From NCBI GenBank assembly GCA_038733315.1, contig JAVYPJ010000001.1, forward strand, positions 333,020 through 397,019: 64,000 nt of DNA. Direction: 5' to 3'. The notes beneath the pieces are model-generated. The model had not been told where the DNA came from. It made no database searches and worked only from the letters and a program-made list of their open reading frames with translations. Both the position numbers and the translations under genes were made by a program. Below, piece after piece: positions 39,311 through 47,938 of the stretch. This stretch comes from Candidatus Aenigmatarchaeota archaeon (GTDB lineage Archaea > Aenigmatarchaeota > Aenigmatarchaeia > CG10238-14 > SpSt-28). Within the stretch, counting starts at the first letter, position 1. Every line of letters starts with the position of its first letter.

Positions 39311-39449
39311 GCCGGGGTCGCCTAGCGGATATGGCGCCGGCCTCGAGTTAAATGATAAGCTCTGGGGTAGCTGAAAATAATGATGATTTTGCTATAAGAG
39401 AAAGCCGGTGGGCTTTACGCCCGCGTGGGTTCAAATCCCACCCCCGGCG
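39311..39449 (+). tRNA. tRNA-Ser(CGA) with 55-nt intron at 37/38 (39348-39402)
   Basis: CCGGC-CTCGAG/intron/A-GCCGG; variable arm and 3' part identical to tRNA-Ser(TGA). Confidence 0.95.
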
Positions 39450-39510
39450 AAAAGTTTGTGCTTAGCAAATTTTTTAAAAAAATAAATTAATTATAATATC
39501 TAATAAATTA

Positions 39511-40722
39511 ATGAAGTTAACAGCTAGCGATATTAAAAACGAAGGAGAATTTAAAGTTTATGGAATTGTTAGTCATGTAAGAGAGCTAGGTCCTAAAAAA
39601 TTTATAATAATAACTGATGGAAAAGACATTTTGCAAGTAGTTTATGAAGGTAATAAAAGGGTTAAAAGAGGGGATAGCATTTTTGCAGTTGGAAATGCAT
39701 TTTTTGATAAAAGAGCTCCAAGAGGAATAGAGCTTAGAGCAAAAGATATAGAAATAATTAATGAAATAAAAGAGGAATCTTTTGATGAATGGAGTATAAA
39801 AAGAATGAGTTTAGACAAAAAAATTAAATATAGAAGTATAAGCTTGAGAATTCCAGAATTTTACAAAATATTCGAAATATATGCTAAGGTTACGCATTAT
39901 TTCAGAGAGTTTTTCATAAATTTAGGCTATTTAGAAATCTTTACTCCAAAGGTTGTTAAAATGGGAACAGAATCCGGGGCTGAAGTATTTTCTATATTAT
40001 ATTTCGATAAAGAAGCTTTTTTAGCGCAGAGTCCGCAACTATATAAACAAATGATGTTAGCTAGCGGTTTAAAAGGTGTTTTTGAGTTTGGTCATTATTA
40101 TAGGGCAGAGGCTTCAAGAACTAAGAGACACTTAACAGAATTTTATTGTTTAGATGTTGAAATAAATTATGTTGAAAGCTTAGACGATGTTATGAAAGTT
40201 TTAGAAGATGCAATAAAATATGTTCTTGAGAAATTTAATTTAAAAATAGAGAAAATACCAATACTAACTTTTGATGAAGCTAAAGAGATTTTAGAAAGAA
40301 ATGGAATAAAAACTAAAAAAGATTTAACAACAGAGGGAGAAAAGTTTATTGGGGATTATGTTAAAGAAAATTTTAATTCCGATTTTGTTTTTATTACAGA
40401 ATTTCCCTTCGACGTAAAACCGTTTTATGTTATGAAAAAAGATGATGGGAAAAGTTATTCTTTTGATTTATTATTTAAAGGTTTAGAAATAGTTTCTGGG
40501 GCTAAAAGAGAGCATAGATACGAAATTCTTATTAATCAAATAAAAGAGAAGAAAATAAATCCAGAAAGAATGTATTGGTATTTAGAAACTTTTAAGCATG
40601 GAATTCCTCCACATGGTGGTTTTGGTTTAGGAATAGATAGATTTGTTAAGCAAATGCTAAACTTAGATGATATAAGAGAATGTGTTTTATATCCTAGAGA
40701 TCCAGATACCTTAGAGCCATGA
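39511..40722 (+). CDS. aspS: Aspartyl-tRNA synthetase (probably non-discriminating)
   Basis: LAQSPQLYKQ, YRAE, RHLTEF, PPHGGFGLGIDR, PRD; co-operonic with gatCAB. Confidence 0.95.
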   Translation: MKLTASDIKNEGEFKVYGIVSHVRELGPKKFIIITDGKDILQVVYEGNKRVKRGDSIFAVGNAFFDKRAPRGIELRAKDIEIINEIKEESFDEWSIKRMSLDKKIKYRSISLRIPEFYKIFEIYAKVTHYFREFFINLGYLEIFTPKVVKMGTESGAEVFSILYFDKEAFLAQSPQLYKQMMLASGLKGVFEFGHYYRAEASRTKRHLTEFYCLDVEINYVESLDDVMKVLEDAIKYVLEKFNLKIEKIPILTFDEAKEILERNGIKTKKDLTTEGEKFIGDYVKENFNSDFVFITEFPFDVKPFYVMKKDDGKSYSFDLLFKGLEIVSGAKREHRYEILINQIKEKKINPERMYWYLETFKHGIPPHGGFGLGIDRFVKQMLNLDDIRECVLYPRDPDTLEP

Positions 40723-40988
40723 TAGAAATAGAAAAAATTGCTTGGCTTGCAAGAATAAAACTAGAAGAAAAAGAAAAGGAAGAATTATTTAAGGATATAT
40801 CTAAAATCTTAGAGATGTTTAAAAAAATACAAGAAGTAAAAATAGAGGAAAAGGATATTGATAGTGATGAAATTTTTGATTTTTTCTTTAGAGGAGAAAC
40901 TATAGCTGAAACTTTTGATAACGAAAAGATTTTGAAGAATTTTCCAAAAAGAGATGAAAATTTGTTAGAAGTTCCTAAGACATTATGA
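40719..40988 (+). CDS. gatC: Asp/Glu-tRNA amidotransferase subunit C
   Basis: IA.LARI.L..E, IL.N.P......VPK; directly precedes gatA. Confidence 0.9.
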   Translation: MIEIEKIAWLARIKLEEKEKEELFKDISKILEMFKKIQEVKIEEKDIDSDEIFDFFFRGETIAETFDNEKILKNFPKRDENLLEVPKTL

Positions 40989-42364
40989 TAACTAAGGAAA
41001 TATTAAGTGAAGCTATATCAAATCCGATAGACCATTTTGAAAAAATTAGAAAAGAAATAGAGAAAAGAGAAAAAGAGGTAAAATCATTTATAACTCTTAA
41101 TATAGATTCTGCTGAAAAAGAAGTTAAAGAAAAAAAAGTTGGAAAATTATCATATTTAATAATTTCAGTTAAAGATAATATTCTTGTTGAAAATTTAAGA
41201 GCTACCGCAGGGTCTAAAATTTTAGAAAACTATATAGCTCCTTATAATGCTACTGTTATAGAAAAAATAAAGAAAGAAGGGGCAATAATAATAGGTAAAA
41301 CAAATTTAGATGAGTTTGCATGCGGTTCAGATGGTACAAATTCTGCTTTTTTTGAAACTAGAAATCCCTTTGATTTGGAAAGAGTTCCTGGAGGATCCTC
41401 ATCTGGCTCTGCTGCAAGCTTAGCTGCAGGTTTTTGCGATTTATCTTTAGGTTCAGATACAGGAGGTTCAATAAGAAATCCAGCAGCCTTTTGTTCTTTA
41501 TTTGGATTTAAACCTAGTTATGGTTTAGTTTCTAGATATGGCTTAATAGATTTAGCTATGAGTATGGATCAAATAGGTCCATTTGCAAAGGATACTTATG
41601 GAATAGCTTTATTGTTAGATGTAATTCATGGAAAAGATGAAAAAGATGCTACAACAGTTAATAAAAGATTTGAGTTTGTTAAAAGGGTTGAAAATTTTAA
41701 CGAAAAGGAATTAAAGAATAGAAAAATAGCATATGCTACAGAATTTTTAGAATATTGCTCCGAAGATATTAAAAAAAGATTTTTTGATGTGTTGAATTAT
41801 TTGTCTAATTTTGGAATAGAAATTAAAGAGATTTCGATACCAGAAGTTAATGTTGCTGTATCAACTTATTATTTAGTTGTTTCTTCTGAATTTTCTTCTG
41901 CAATGCAAAAGTTTGATGGATTAAAATATGGTGTAAGAATAGAAAATAAAGATTTAAACGAAACAATTTTATTATCTAGAAGTTTATTGGGAAAGGAAGT
42001 TAAAAGAAGAATTTTGATTGGTACTTTTGTAACTTCTAGAGAGGGATATGGTAAATGGTATAAAATAGCTATGTTAGTAAGAAATAAAATAAAGCAAAGA
42101 TTTTACTCTATTTTTAAAGATTTCGATTATTTAGTTTCTCCAACTATGCCTGTTAAACCTTGGAAAATTGGAGAGAAAAAAGAACCTATAGAAATGTACC
42201 AAATGGATGTTTTAACAGTTTTAGCAAATTTGGCAAAAATACCTGCTATTTCTATTCCAGTAGATAAATTTATAGGATTCCAAGTTATGGGTAAATATTT
42301 GGAAGATGAAAAACTTTTAGAAATTTCAAAAATAATAGAGGAAAAATTCAATATATGGAAATGA
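40985..42364 (+). CDS. gatA: Amidotransferase subunit A
   Basis: VKDNI, GKTNLDEF, PGGSSSGS, GSDTGGSIR.PA, EVKRRI. Confidence 0.97.
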   Translation: MITKEILSEAISNPIDHFEKIRKEIEKREKEVKSFITLNIDSAEKEVKEKKVGKLSYLIISVKDNILVENLRATAGSKILENYIAPYNATVIEKIKKEGAIIIGKTNLDEFACGSDGTNSAFFETRNPFDLERVPGGSSSGSAASLAAGFCDLSLGSDTGGSIRNPAAFCSLFGFKPSYGLVSRYGLIDLAMSMDQIGPFAKDTYGIALLLDVIHGKDEKDATTVNKRFEFVKRVENFNEKELKNRKIAYATEFLEYCSEDIKKRFFDVLNYLSNFGIEIKEISIPEVNVAVSTYYLVVSSEFSSAMQKFDGLKYGVRIENKDLNETILLSRSLLGKEVKRRILIGTFVTSREGYGKWYKIAMLVRNKIKQRFYSIFKDFDYLVSPTMPVKPWKIGEKKEPIEMYQMDVLTVLANLAKIPAISIPVDKFIGFQVMGKYLEDEKLLEISKIIEEKFNIWK

Positions 42365-43722
42365 AGGTTGGTTTAGAAATTCACGTTCAATTAAAAACAA
42401 AAGAAAAACTTTTTTGTAAATGTAGCTCAGAATATAGAGATAAAAAACCTAATGAAAACATTTGTCCTATATGCACTGGTCAACCAGGTAGCAAACCTAT
42501 GAATGCTAATTTGGAGGCAATAAAAAATCTTTTAAAAATAGGTTTAATACTTAATTGTGAAATAGTTAGAGAAAGAATAAGATTTTTGAGAAAACATTAT
42601 TTTTATCCAGATTTACCTAAGAACTATCAAATAACTTCAGAACCTATAATGAAAAATGGTAATTTTTTTGGAATAAGGATTAGAGAAATTCATTTGGAAG
42701 AAGATCCTGGAAGATATGATTTAAGAAACGGATATGTTGATTTTAATAGGTCTGGAATCCCATTGGCTGAAATAGTTACAGAGCCAGATTTTAATTCAAT
42801 AGAACAAATTGAAGATTGGTTAGATAAATTTTACACTTTTTTAAAATTTTCTAATTCAATAGTAGAAGATCCTGGAAGTATTAGAATAGATGTAAATATT
42901 TCTACAAAAGGAGAAAGAGTTGAAATAAAAAATGTAACTGGAATAAAAAACGTAATAAAAGCAATAAAATACGAATTACTTAGACAAGAAAGAAGTTTAA
43001 AAATAGGTAAAGAAATAAAAAGGGAAACTAGGCATTTTGATGAGGAAAAGAAAATTACAGTACCATTAAGAGAAAAAGAGTATGTTGAAGATTATAGGTA
43101 TATTCCAGAACCAGATTTGCCGAGTTTTAAAATAAATGAAGAATTAATTAACGAAGTAAAAAAAGATTTAATAATCGTTTCTGAAGAAGAGAAAAAGTTA
43201 AAAGAAGTTTATAAAATTAACGAAGAATATATTAAAAAAATTATAAAAAATCCAGTATTACTTATTTCAATTAATAAAATTTTTGAAAATGTTAAAAAAG
43301 ACTTTAATAAAATAGCGGAATTAATTACTGATTACGTTTATCCTATATGCGGGGATAAAAATATAAATTTATTAAATCTTTTAGAGGATAATAATTTTTT
43401 GGAAAATTTAGAGGAAATAGTTGAAAATCTGGATAAAATAGATAGAAAAAAGTTAAGAGAAATAGTCGAAGTTTTAATTTCTGGTAAAAATCCAATAGAA
43501 TATGCAAAAGAGAAAAATTATTTTTTAGAGGGTGTCTCTGAGGAAGAAATAAAAAAAGTAATAGAAATGGTAATAAACGAAGAAAAAGAAGCTATAGAAG
43601 ATTACAAAAAAGGAAATGCTAAGGCAATAAATTATTTAATTGGAAAGACTATTCAAAAACTTAAAAAAAGGGTTGATGTAAAGATTATAGATAAGTTTTT
43701 AAGAGAATTTCTATCAAAATAA
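42355..43722 (+). CDS. gatB: Amidotransferase subunit B
   Basis: GLEIHVQL, RKHYFYPDLPK, HLEED, DFNRSG.PL.EIVTEPD, DYRYIPEPDL. Confidence 0.97.
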   Translation: MEMKVGLEIHVQLKTKEKLFCKCSSEYRDKKPNENICPICTGQPGSKPMNANLEAIKNLLKIGLILNCEIVRERIRFLRKHYFYPDLPKNYQITSEPIMKNGNFFGIRIREIHLEEDPGRYDLRNGYVDFNRSGIPLAEIVTEPDFNSIEQIEDWLDKFYTFLKFSNSIVEDPGSIRIDVNISTKGERVEIKNVTGIKNVIKAIKYELLRQERSLKIGKEIKRETRHFDEEKKITVPLREKEYVEDYRYIPEPDLPSFKINEELINEVKKDLIIVSEEEKKLKEVYKINEEYIKKIIKNPVLLISINKIFENVKKDFNKIAELITDYVYPICGDKNINLLNLLEDNNFLENLEEIVENLDKIDRKKLREIVEVLISGKNPIEYAKEKNYFLEGVSEEEIKKVIEMVINEEKEAIEDYKKGNAKAINYLIGKTIQKLKKRVDVKIIDKFLREFLSK

Positions 43723-43728
43723 AATGTT

Positions 43729-44706
43729 TTAAATTTTTTCTATAATATTCTCTCTAACTTTAAAGATTTTTCCTAAGAATTTTTCTATAGTATAAATATT
43801 TGTAAGTGTATGATTAGATATTTCTTCAACTTTTATTGTAGATTTTTCTTCACATAGTGCTAAATAAATTAAGATTTGATCTGCCATATATCTATCTAAA
43901 CATGCATTAGAATTTTCAGCATTTTTTAGATTATTGATAGCAATCTTTGAATTTTCTAAACTATCGCTTCCTAAAACGCAATTCTCATAATAAGATGCAA
44001 TAGTAACAGAAAAACCTTTACTTAATGTTTTTTCATTCCTTATCTTTAATTCAACACCTTTTAATTCATTTTTTATAACTTCAGCTTCTTCTCTTATTCT
44101 TTTTTCATCTTCAAATGCAGAAATTCTTGCTACATATTTTAAAAAATTCTTTCTTTCAATCATTTCTATACCATTTAATTTTTTTATTGGGTAAATCTCT
44201 ATTTCAATTATTCCTCCACCCTTTGGATAAAATCCATGTTTTACTATATTAATTTCTGGTTTTTCTATTCCTAAAAACTTTAAGTTTTCAAACTTAACTA
44301 AATCTAAATAATCTATTGTTGGTGCGTGTAATACACATGTGCCACCAATTATTCTTAATTTGACTTTTTTATTTGAAAGAAAAGAGATTATCGGAAAAAT
44401 AGTTTGTAAAAATAAAGAAATGCTGCCAGCAGTTCCAATATTAATTTCTTCAAAATTTAGGATATTTTCTTCTTTCGGAATAAATTCGATTTCAGTACTT
44501 CCAATATATAATCCTTTAACTTCTGCGTTTAATAATTTAGCTGCAAACTTTGCTCCAGCTAAATGTTGAGCTTTCAATCCTGGTTGTGGTCTATTTTTTC
44601 TAATATTATAAATTCTAAAAGGTTTTTTAAGAATGCAAGATAAAGCTATCGAAGTCCTTAAAATTTGACCGCCACCCTCTAAATAACTACCATCTATTTC
44701 AATCAT
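43729..44706 (-). CDS. rtcA: RNA 3'-terminal phosphate cyclase
   Basis: DGSYLEGGGQILR, PGLKAQH, GFYPKGGG, DQILIY, NHTLTN. Confidence 0.95.
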   Translation of the reverse strand: MIEIDGSYLEGGGQILRTSIALSCILKKPFRIYNIRKNRPQPGLKAQHLAGAKFAAKLLNAEVKGLYIGSTEIEFIPKEENILNFEEINIGTAGSISLFLQTIFPIISFLSNKKVKLRIIGGTCVLHAPTIDYLDLVKFENLKFLGIEKPEINIVKHGFYPKGGGIIEIEIYPIKKLNGIEMIERKNFLKYVARISAFEDEKRIREEAEVIKNELKGVELKIRNEKTLSKGFSVTIASYYENCVLGSDSLENSKIAINNLKNAENSNACLDRYMADQILIYLALCEEKSTIKVEEISNHTLTNIYTIEKFLGKIFKVRENIIEKI

Positions 44707-44732
44707 AAAATAAATTTTAAAATATTAAAGAA

Positions 44733-44803
44733 TGGGTCCGCCCGGAGTTGAACCGGGTTCTCCGCCTCGTAAGGGCGGCGTCCTACCGTTAGACTACGGA
44801 CCC
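44733..44803 (-). tRNA. tRNA-Val(TAC)
   Basis: CCGCC-CTTACGA-GGCGG. Confidence 0.97.
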
Positions 44804-44850
44804 ATAAATTTATCAGAGATAATAAAGTTAAATTCTTCGTATAATATCAT

Positions 44851-44947
44851 TGGGGCCGCTGGGATTCGAACCCAGGTCAGCGGGTTTCTTCACTTTTCTG
44901 AGCTCCATTTCTGGAGCCCGCCGTCCTGCCATCTAGACGACGGCCCC
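44851..44947 (-). tRNA. tRNA-Trp(CCA) with 25-nt intron at 37/38 (44886-44910)
   Basis: GCGGG-CTCCAG/intron/A-CCCGC. Confidence 0.95.
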
Positions 44948-44989
44948 ATAAATTGTTAAGATTTTTATATCTTTTCATAAAATATTTAT

Positions 44990-45388
44990 ATGGCCGAATT
45001 TAGACTAAGGGGGTATACTTTGGAAGAATTAGAGAGAATGAGCTTAGAGGAGCTTGCAAAAAAAGTTTTTGATGCGAGAGTTAGAAGAAAAATTTTAAAA
45101 AGAGGATTTACTGAGCAAGAAAAAAAGTTTTTAGAAAAAATTAAAGAAATAAAACAAAAAAATCCGAATAAATTTATAAAAACGCATTTAAGACAAATGC
45201 CAATTTTACCTATAATGGTTGGATTAACTATTGGAGTACATAACGGAAAAGAGTTTGTGCCAGTAAAAATAAGGCCAGAAATGATTGGTAGAAGATTGGG
45301 CGAGTTTTCAATAACAATAAAAGAGGTAAAGCATAGTGGACCTGGGATTGGGGCTACTAGGGGAACTAAATTCTTATCTGTGAAATGA
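44990..45388 (+). CDS. rps19: 30S ribosomal protein uS19
   Basis: KTHLR, VHNGKEF, MIG..LGEFS.T, HSGPGIGATR. Confidence 0.97.
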   Translation: MAEFRLRGYTLEELERMSLEELAKKVFDARVRRKILKRGFTEQEKKFLEKIKEIKQKNPNKFIKTHLRQMPILPIMVGLTIGVHNGKEFVPVKIRPEMIGRRLGEFSITIKEVKHSGPGIGATRGTKFLSVK

Positions 45389-45738
45389 TTGCTTCGGCAT
45401 ATATTAAAAATCTTAGAATTTCTACTAAGCATGCAAAATATATTTCGAAAATTATTAGAGGTAAAAATGTGTTAAAAGCTAAGAGATTTTTGGAGTTGGT
45501 ATCCCAACAAAAATTAACCTTAGATGGAAAAAAGTATTATTTAAACGCTACAAGAGCAATTTTAAAAGCGCTAGAAAGTGCTATAGCTAATGCAAAAGTT
45601 AAAGGCTTAGATGAGAATAAGTTAAAAATAAAAATAATAGAAGCTCATAAGGGATCTAAAATAAGAACTCCTAAAAGGGTTAAGTTTAGGGGTAGGGAAA
45701 AGAAAAATACTCATATTAAAATTGTTTTATCCTATTAA
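45385..45738 (+). CDS. rpl22: 50S ribosomal protein uL22
   Basis: RIS.KH, IRGK, ESAIANA, THIKIVL. Confidence 0.95.
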   Translation: MIASAYIKNLRISTKHAKYISKIIRGKNVLKAKRFLELVSQQKLTLDGKKYYLNATRAILKALESAIANAKVKGLDENKLKIKIIEAHKGSKIRTPKRVKFRGREKKNTHIKIVLSY

Positions 45739-45739
45739 T

Positions 45740-46327
45740 ATGGGGGCTACTGAAAAGAAAATTATTACTCAAAAAATTGTTGAAGTAGAGTTGGAGGATT
45801 ATCTAAAAAATATTTTTGAAAAGGCTGAATATAGCGGTTTAAGAGTGGAGAAAACCCCTATACTTACTAGAATATTTGTTTTTGTTGGTAAGCCTGCGAT
45901 AGCAATCGCTAGATTAAGAAGAAGGGAAGAAGAAATAAAGGAAACTTTAACTAAAAACTATAACATTCTTAATCCTCAAATTGTAATTCAAGAGGTTCAA
46001 AATCCATATTTAGATGCGAGAATTATAGCTTATAGAATAAAAAAAGCTATAGAAAAAGGTATAAATTTTAAAAAAGCAGCATTATTTTATATCGAGCGCT
46101 GCATGGAGAACGGAGCTTTAGGAATAGAAGTTAGAATCGCCGGAAAATTATTAGGTAAAGAGAGAAGTGCAGCTTATAAGTTTCGAAAAGGATATATTTT
46201 ACATACAGGATTTCTTAAGGAAATGTATATTGACGAAGCAAAACAACAAGCTATAATTCCTGTTGGAATAGTTGGAATAAGAGTAAGAATACTTAAATAC
46301 TTACCTCCACTAGTTTCTGCTAAATAA
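45740..46327 (+). CDS. rps3: 30S ribosomal protein uS3
   Basis: KH domain, NPYLDA, GALGIEVRIAGKL, GIVGIRVRI; ATG at 45740. Confidence 0.95.
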   Translation: MGATEKKIITQKIVEVELEDYLKNIFEKAEYSGLRVEKTPILTRIFVFVGKPAIAIARLRRREEEIKETLTKNYNILNPQIVIQEVQNPYLDARIIAYRIKKAIEKGINFKKAALFYIERCMENGALGIEVRIAGKLLGKERSAAYKFRKGYILHTGFLKEMYIDEAKQQAIIPVGIVGIRVRILKYLPPLVSAK

Positions 46328-46536
46328 TGGCCATTTTAAGAATTAAAGAGATAAGAGAGATGAAAAATGAGGATTTAATTGAAAGGTTAAATAGATTAAG
46401 AGAGGAGTTAGAGAAATTAAGGATGCAAACTCAAATGAAAAGACCTATAAAAAATACGAGTAGAATAAGAGAGCTAAGAAGGACTATTGCAAGAATTCTT
46501 ACAGTTTTAAGAGAGAGAGGTATAAAAATTCGATGA
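46327..46536 (+). CDS. rpl29: 50S ribosomal protein uL29
   Basis: EIREM, RIRELRRTIARILT. Confidence 0.97.
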   Translation: MAILRIKEIREMKNEDLIERLNRLREELEKLRMQTQMKRPIKNTSRIRELRRTIARILTVLRERGIKIR

Positions 46537-46820
46537 GCGAGGTTTGCCAAATTTGCGGATTACCAAAAGATTTATGTGTTTGTGAAAAGAAAGTAGAAGA
46601 AAAAATTATTGTAAGAGTTGAGAGAAGGAGCTTAGGTAAAATAGTTACTCTGATAAGTGGAATTCAAGAGAATCTAAAAGAAATTTCTAGTAAACTAAAG
46701 AGCAGACTTGGATGTGGAGGAACTGTAAAAAACGGAATTATTGAATTGCAAGGGGATCATAGAAGAAGAATTAGAGAGTTGCTAAATGAGCTTGGTTTTA
46801 AGAATGTAGAAATTTATTAG
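46533..46820 (+). CDS. sui1: Translation initiation factor aIF1 (SUI1)
   Basis: CQICGLPKDLCVC, GKIVT, CGGTVK..IELQGDH. Confidence 0.97.
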   Translation: MSEVCQICGLPKDLCVCEKKVEEKIIVRVERRSLGKIVTLISGIQENLKEISSKLKSRLGCGGTVKNGIIELQGDHRRRIRELLNELGFKNVEIY

Positions 46821-47929
46821 CTTATTGGTTCAAAAATTATATTTTTCTTTTTAGCATATTCATAACATTTTTTAATTTCCTCATAGTTTAATCTTCTTGA
46901 AATTTCTGGAAACTTATAGGGAAATTTTTCTACTAAGTATTCTGGCCTATATTGATCCATTATGTTAACTAATACATTCGGTAATTTTTCTGAAATATAA
47001 TCCAAAATTTTATATGTGCAACATTCTAAATGATTTGGCAAAACTAAATGTCTTATTATTATATTTTCGCCAAAATCGTGAATTATTTTATGGTTTCTTG
47101 AAACAACTTCAAAATAATTTTTTATTTTACTATATTTGAAAGCGCATTGATTATTACCATATTTAAAATCGGGTAGCCAAATATCTATTAAATCTAATAA
47201 CAAATTTAAGCTTTCTTTTGTCATGTACATATTCGAATTCCAAAGTAATGCAATATTTTCATTAAAATATTTCAAACTTTCTAAGATTGTATGTAAGTTT
47301 TGATCTGGATTACCACCAACAAAGTTTATGTTTATCGCGCCTTCTTCACATAATTCTTTTTCTATTTTCGAAAGTTCCATAGGATTAACTTCAAAACCAT
47401 TCTTAGGGTTTTGGCTTATATCCCAATTTTGACAATATACACATTTAAAACTACAGCCAGTAAAAAATATTGTACCAGAAGGAATTAGTGGTGCTTCTTC
47501 TCCATAATGTAAAAAAGCAGATGCAACTCTAGTAACATTATCCAATCCGCATTTTCCCTTTTCATTTTCTAATCTTTTTGCAAGGCACATATTTTCACAA
47601 AATCTGCATGGAGACAGCATTCTATATGCTAGCTCTATTTTAACATCTAAAAAGTTTAACTTATCTTTTTCAAAAATTAAATTAATATTTTTGCCTCTTT
47701 TTATGTTTTCGAGTAAAGCTATAAATTCGTTTCTTAATTCTGAATGGATTTTCCATAATTCGTTCTCTTCTAATTCTTTTAAATTTAAACTTTCTTTGAG
47801 AATTATAGATTTTGCAATTAAATATTTGGCTATAACTTCTTTTTTTAAGATTTTATAATACCAGTTAAGCTTTTCTTTAACTTCTTTATTCTTCCATATA
47901 CTTACAGAATCAAATCTAAAAAATACCAT
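46817..47929 (-). CDS. PflX-like radical SAM protein
   Basis: HYGEE..L.PSGTIFFTGCSFKCVYCQN, DFKYG, IRHLVLP.H, MDQYRP. Confidence 0.93.
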   Translation of the reverse strand: MVFFRFDSVSIWKNKEVKEKLNWYYKILKKEVIAKYLIAKSIILKESLNLKELEENELWKIHSELRNEFIALLENIKRGKNINLIFEKDKLNFLDVKIELAYRMLSPCRFCENMCLAKRLENEKGKCGLDNVTRVASAFLHYGEEAPLIPSGTIFFTGCSFKCVYCQNWDISQNPKNGFEVNPMELSKIEKELCEEGAININFVGGNPDQNLHTILESLKYFNENIALLWNSNMYMTKESLNLLLDLIDIWLPDFKYGNNQCAFKYSKIKNYFEVVSRNHKIIHDFGENIIIRHLVLPNHLECCTYKILDYISEKLPNVLVNIMDQYRPEYLVEKFPYKFPEISRRLNYEEIKKCYEYAKKKNIIFEPIS

Positions 47930-47938
47930 AAAAATTTT

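Noticed and set aside
6488..44947. Leaderless tRNA transcription / RNase P loss suggested by T at -1 in most tRNAs and no rnp1 after sui1
   Set aside because: The flanks are so AT-rich that TATA positions are ambiguous, and rnp1 may be elsewhere given the operon fragmentation.
44732..44959. 75-aa ORF (MGPPGVEPG...)
   Set aside because: It is antisense to tRNA-Val and tRNA-Trp.
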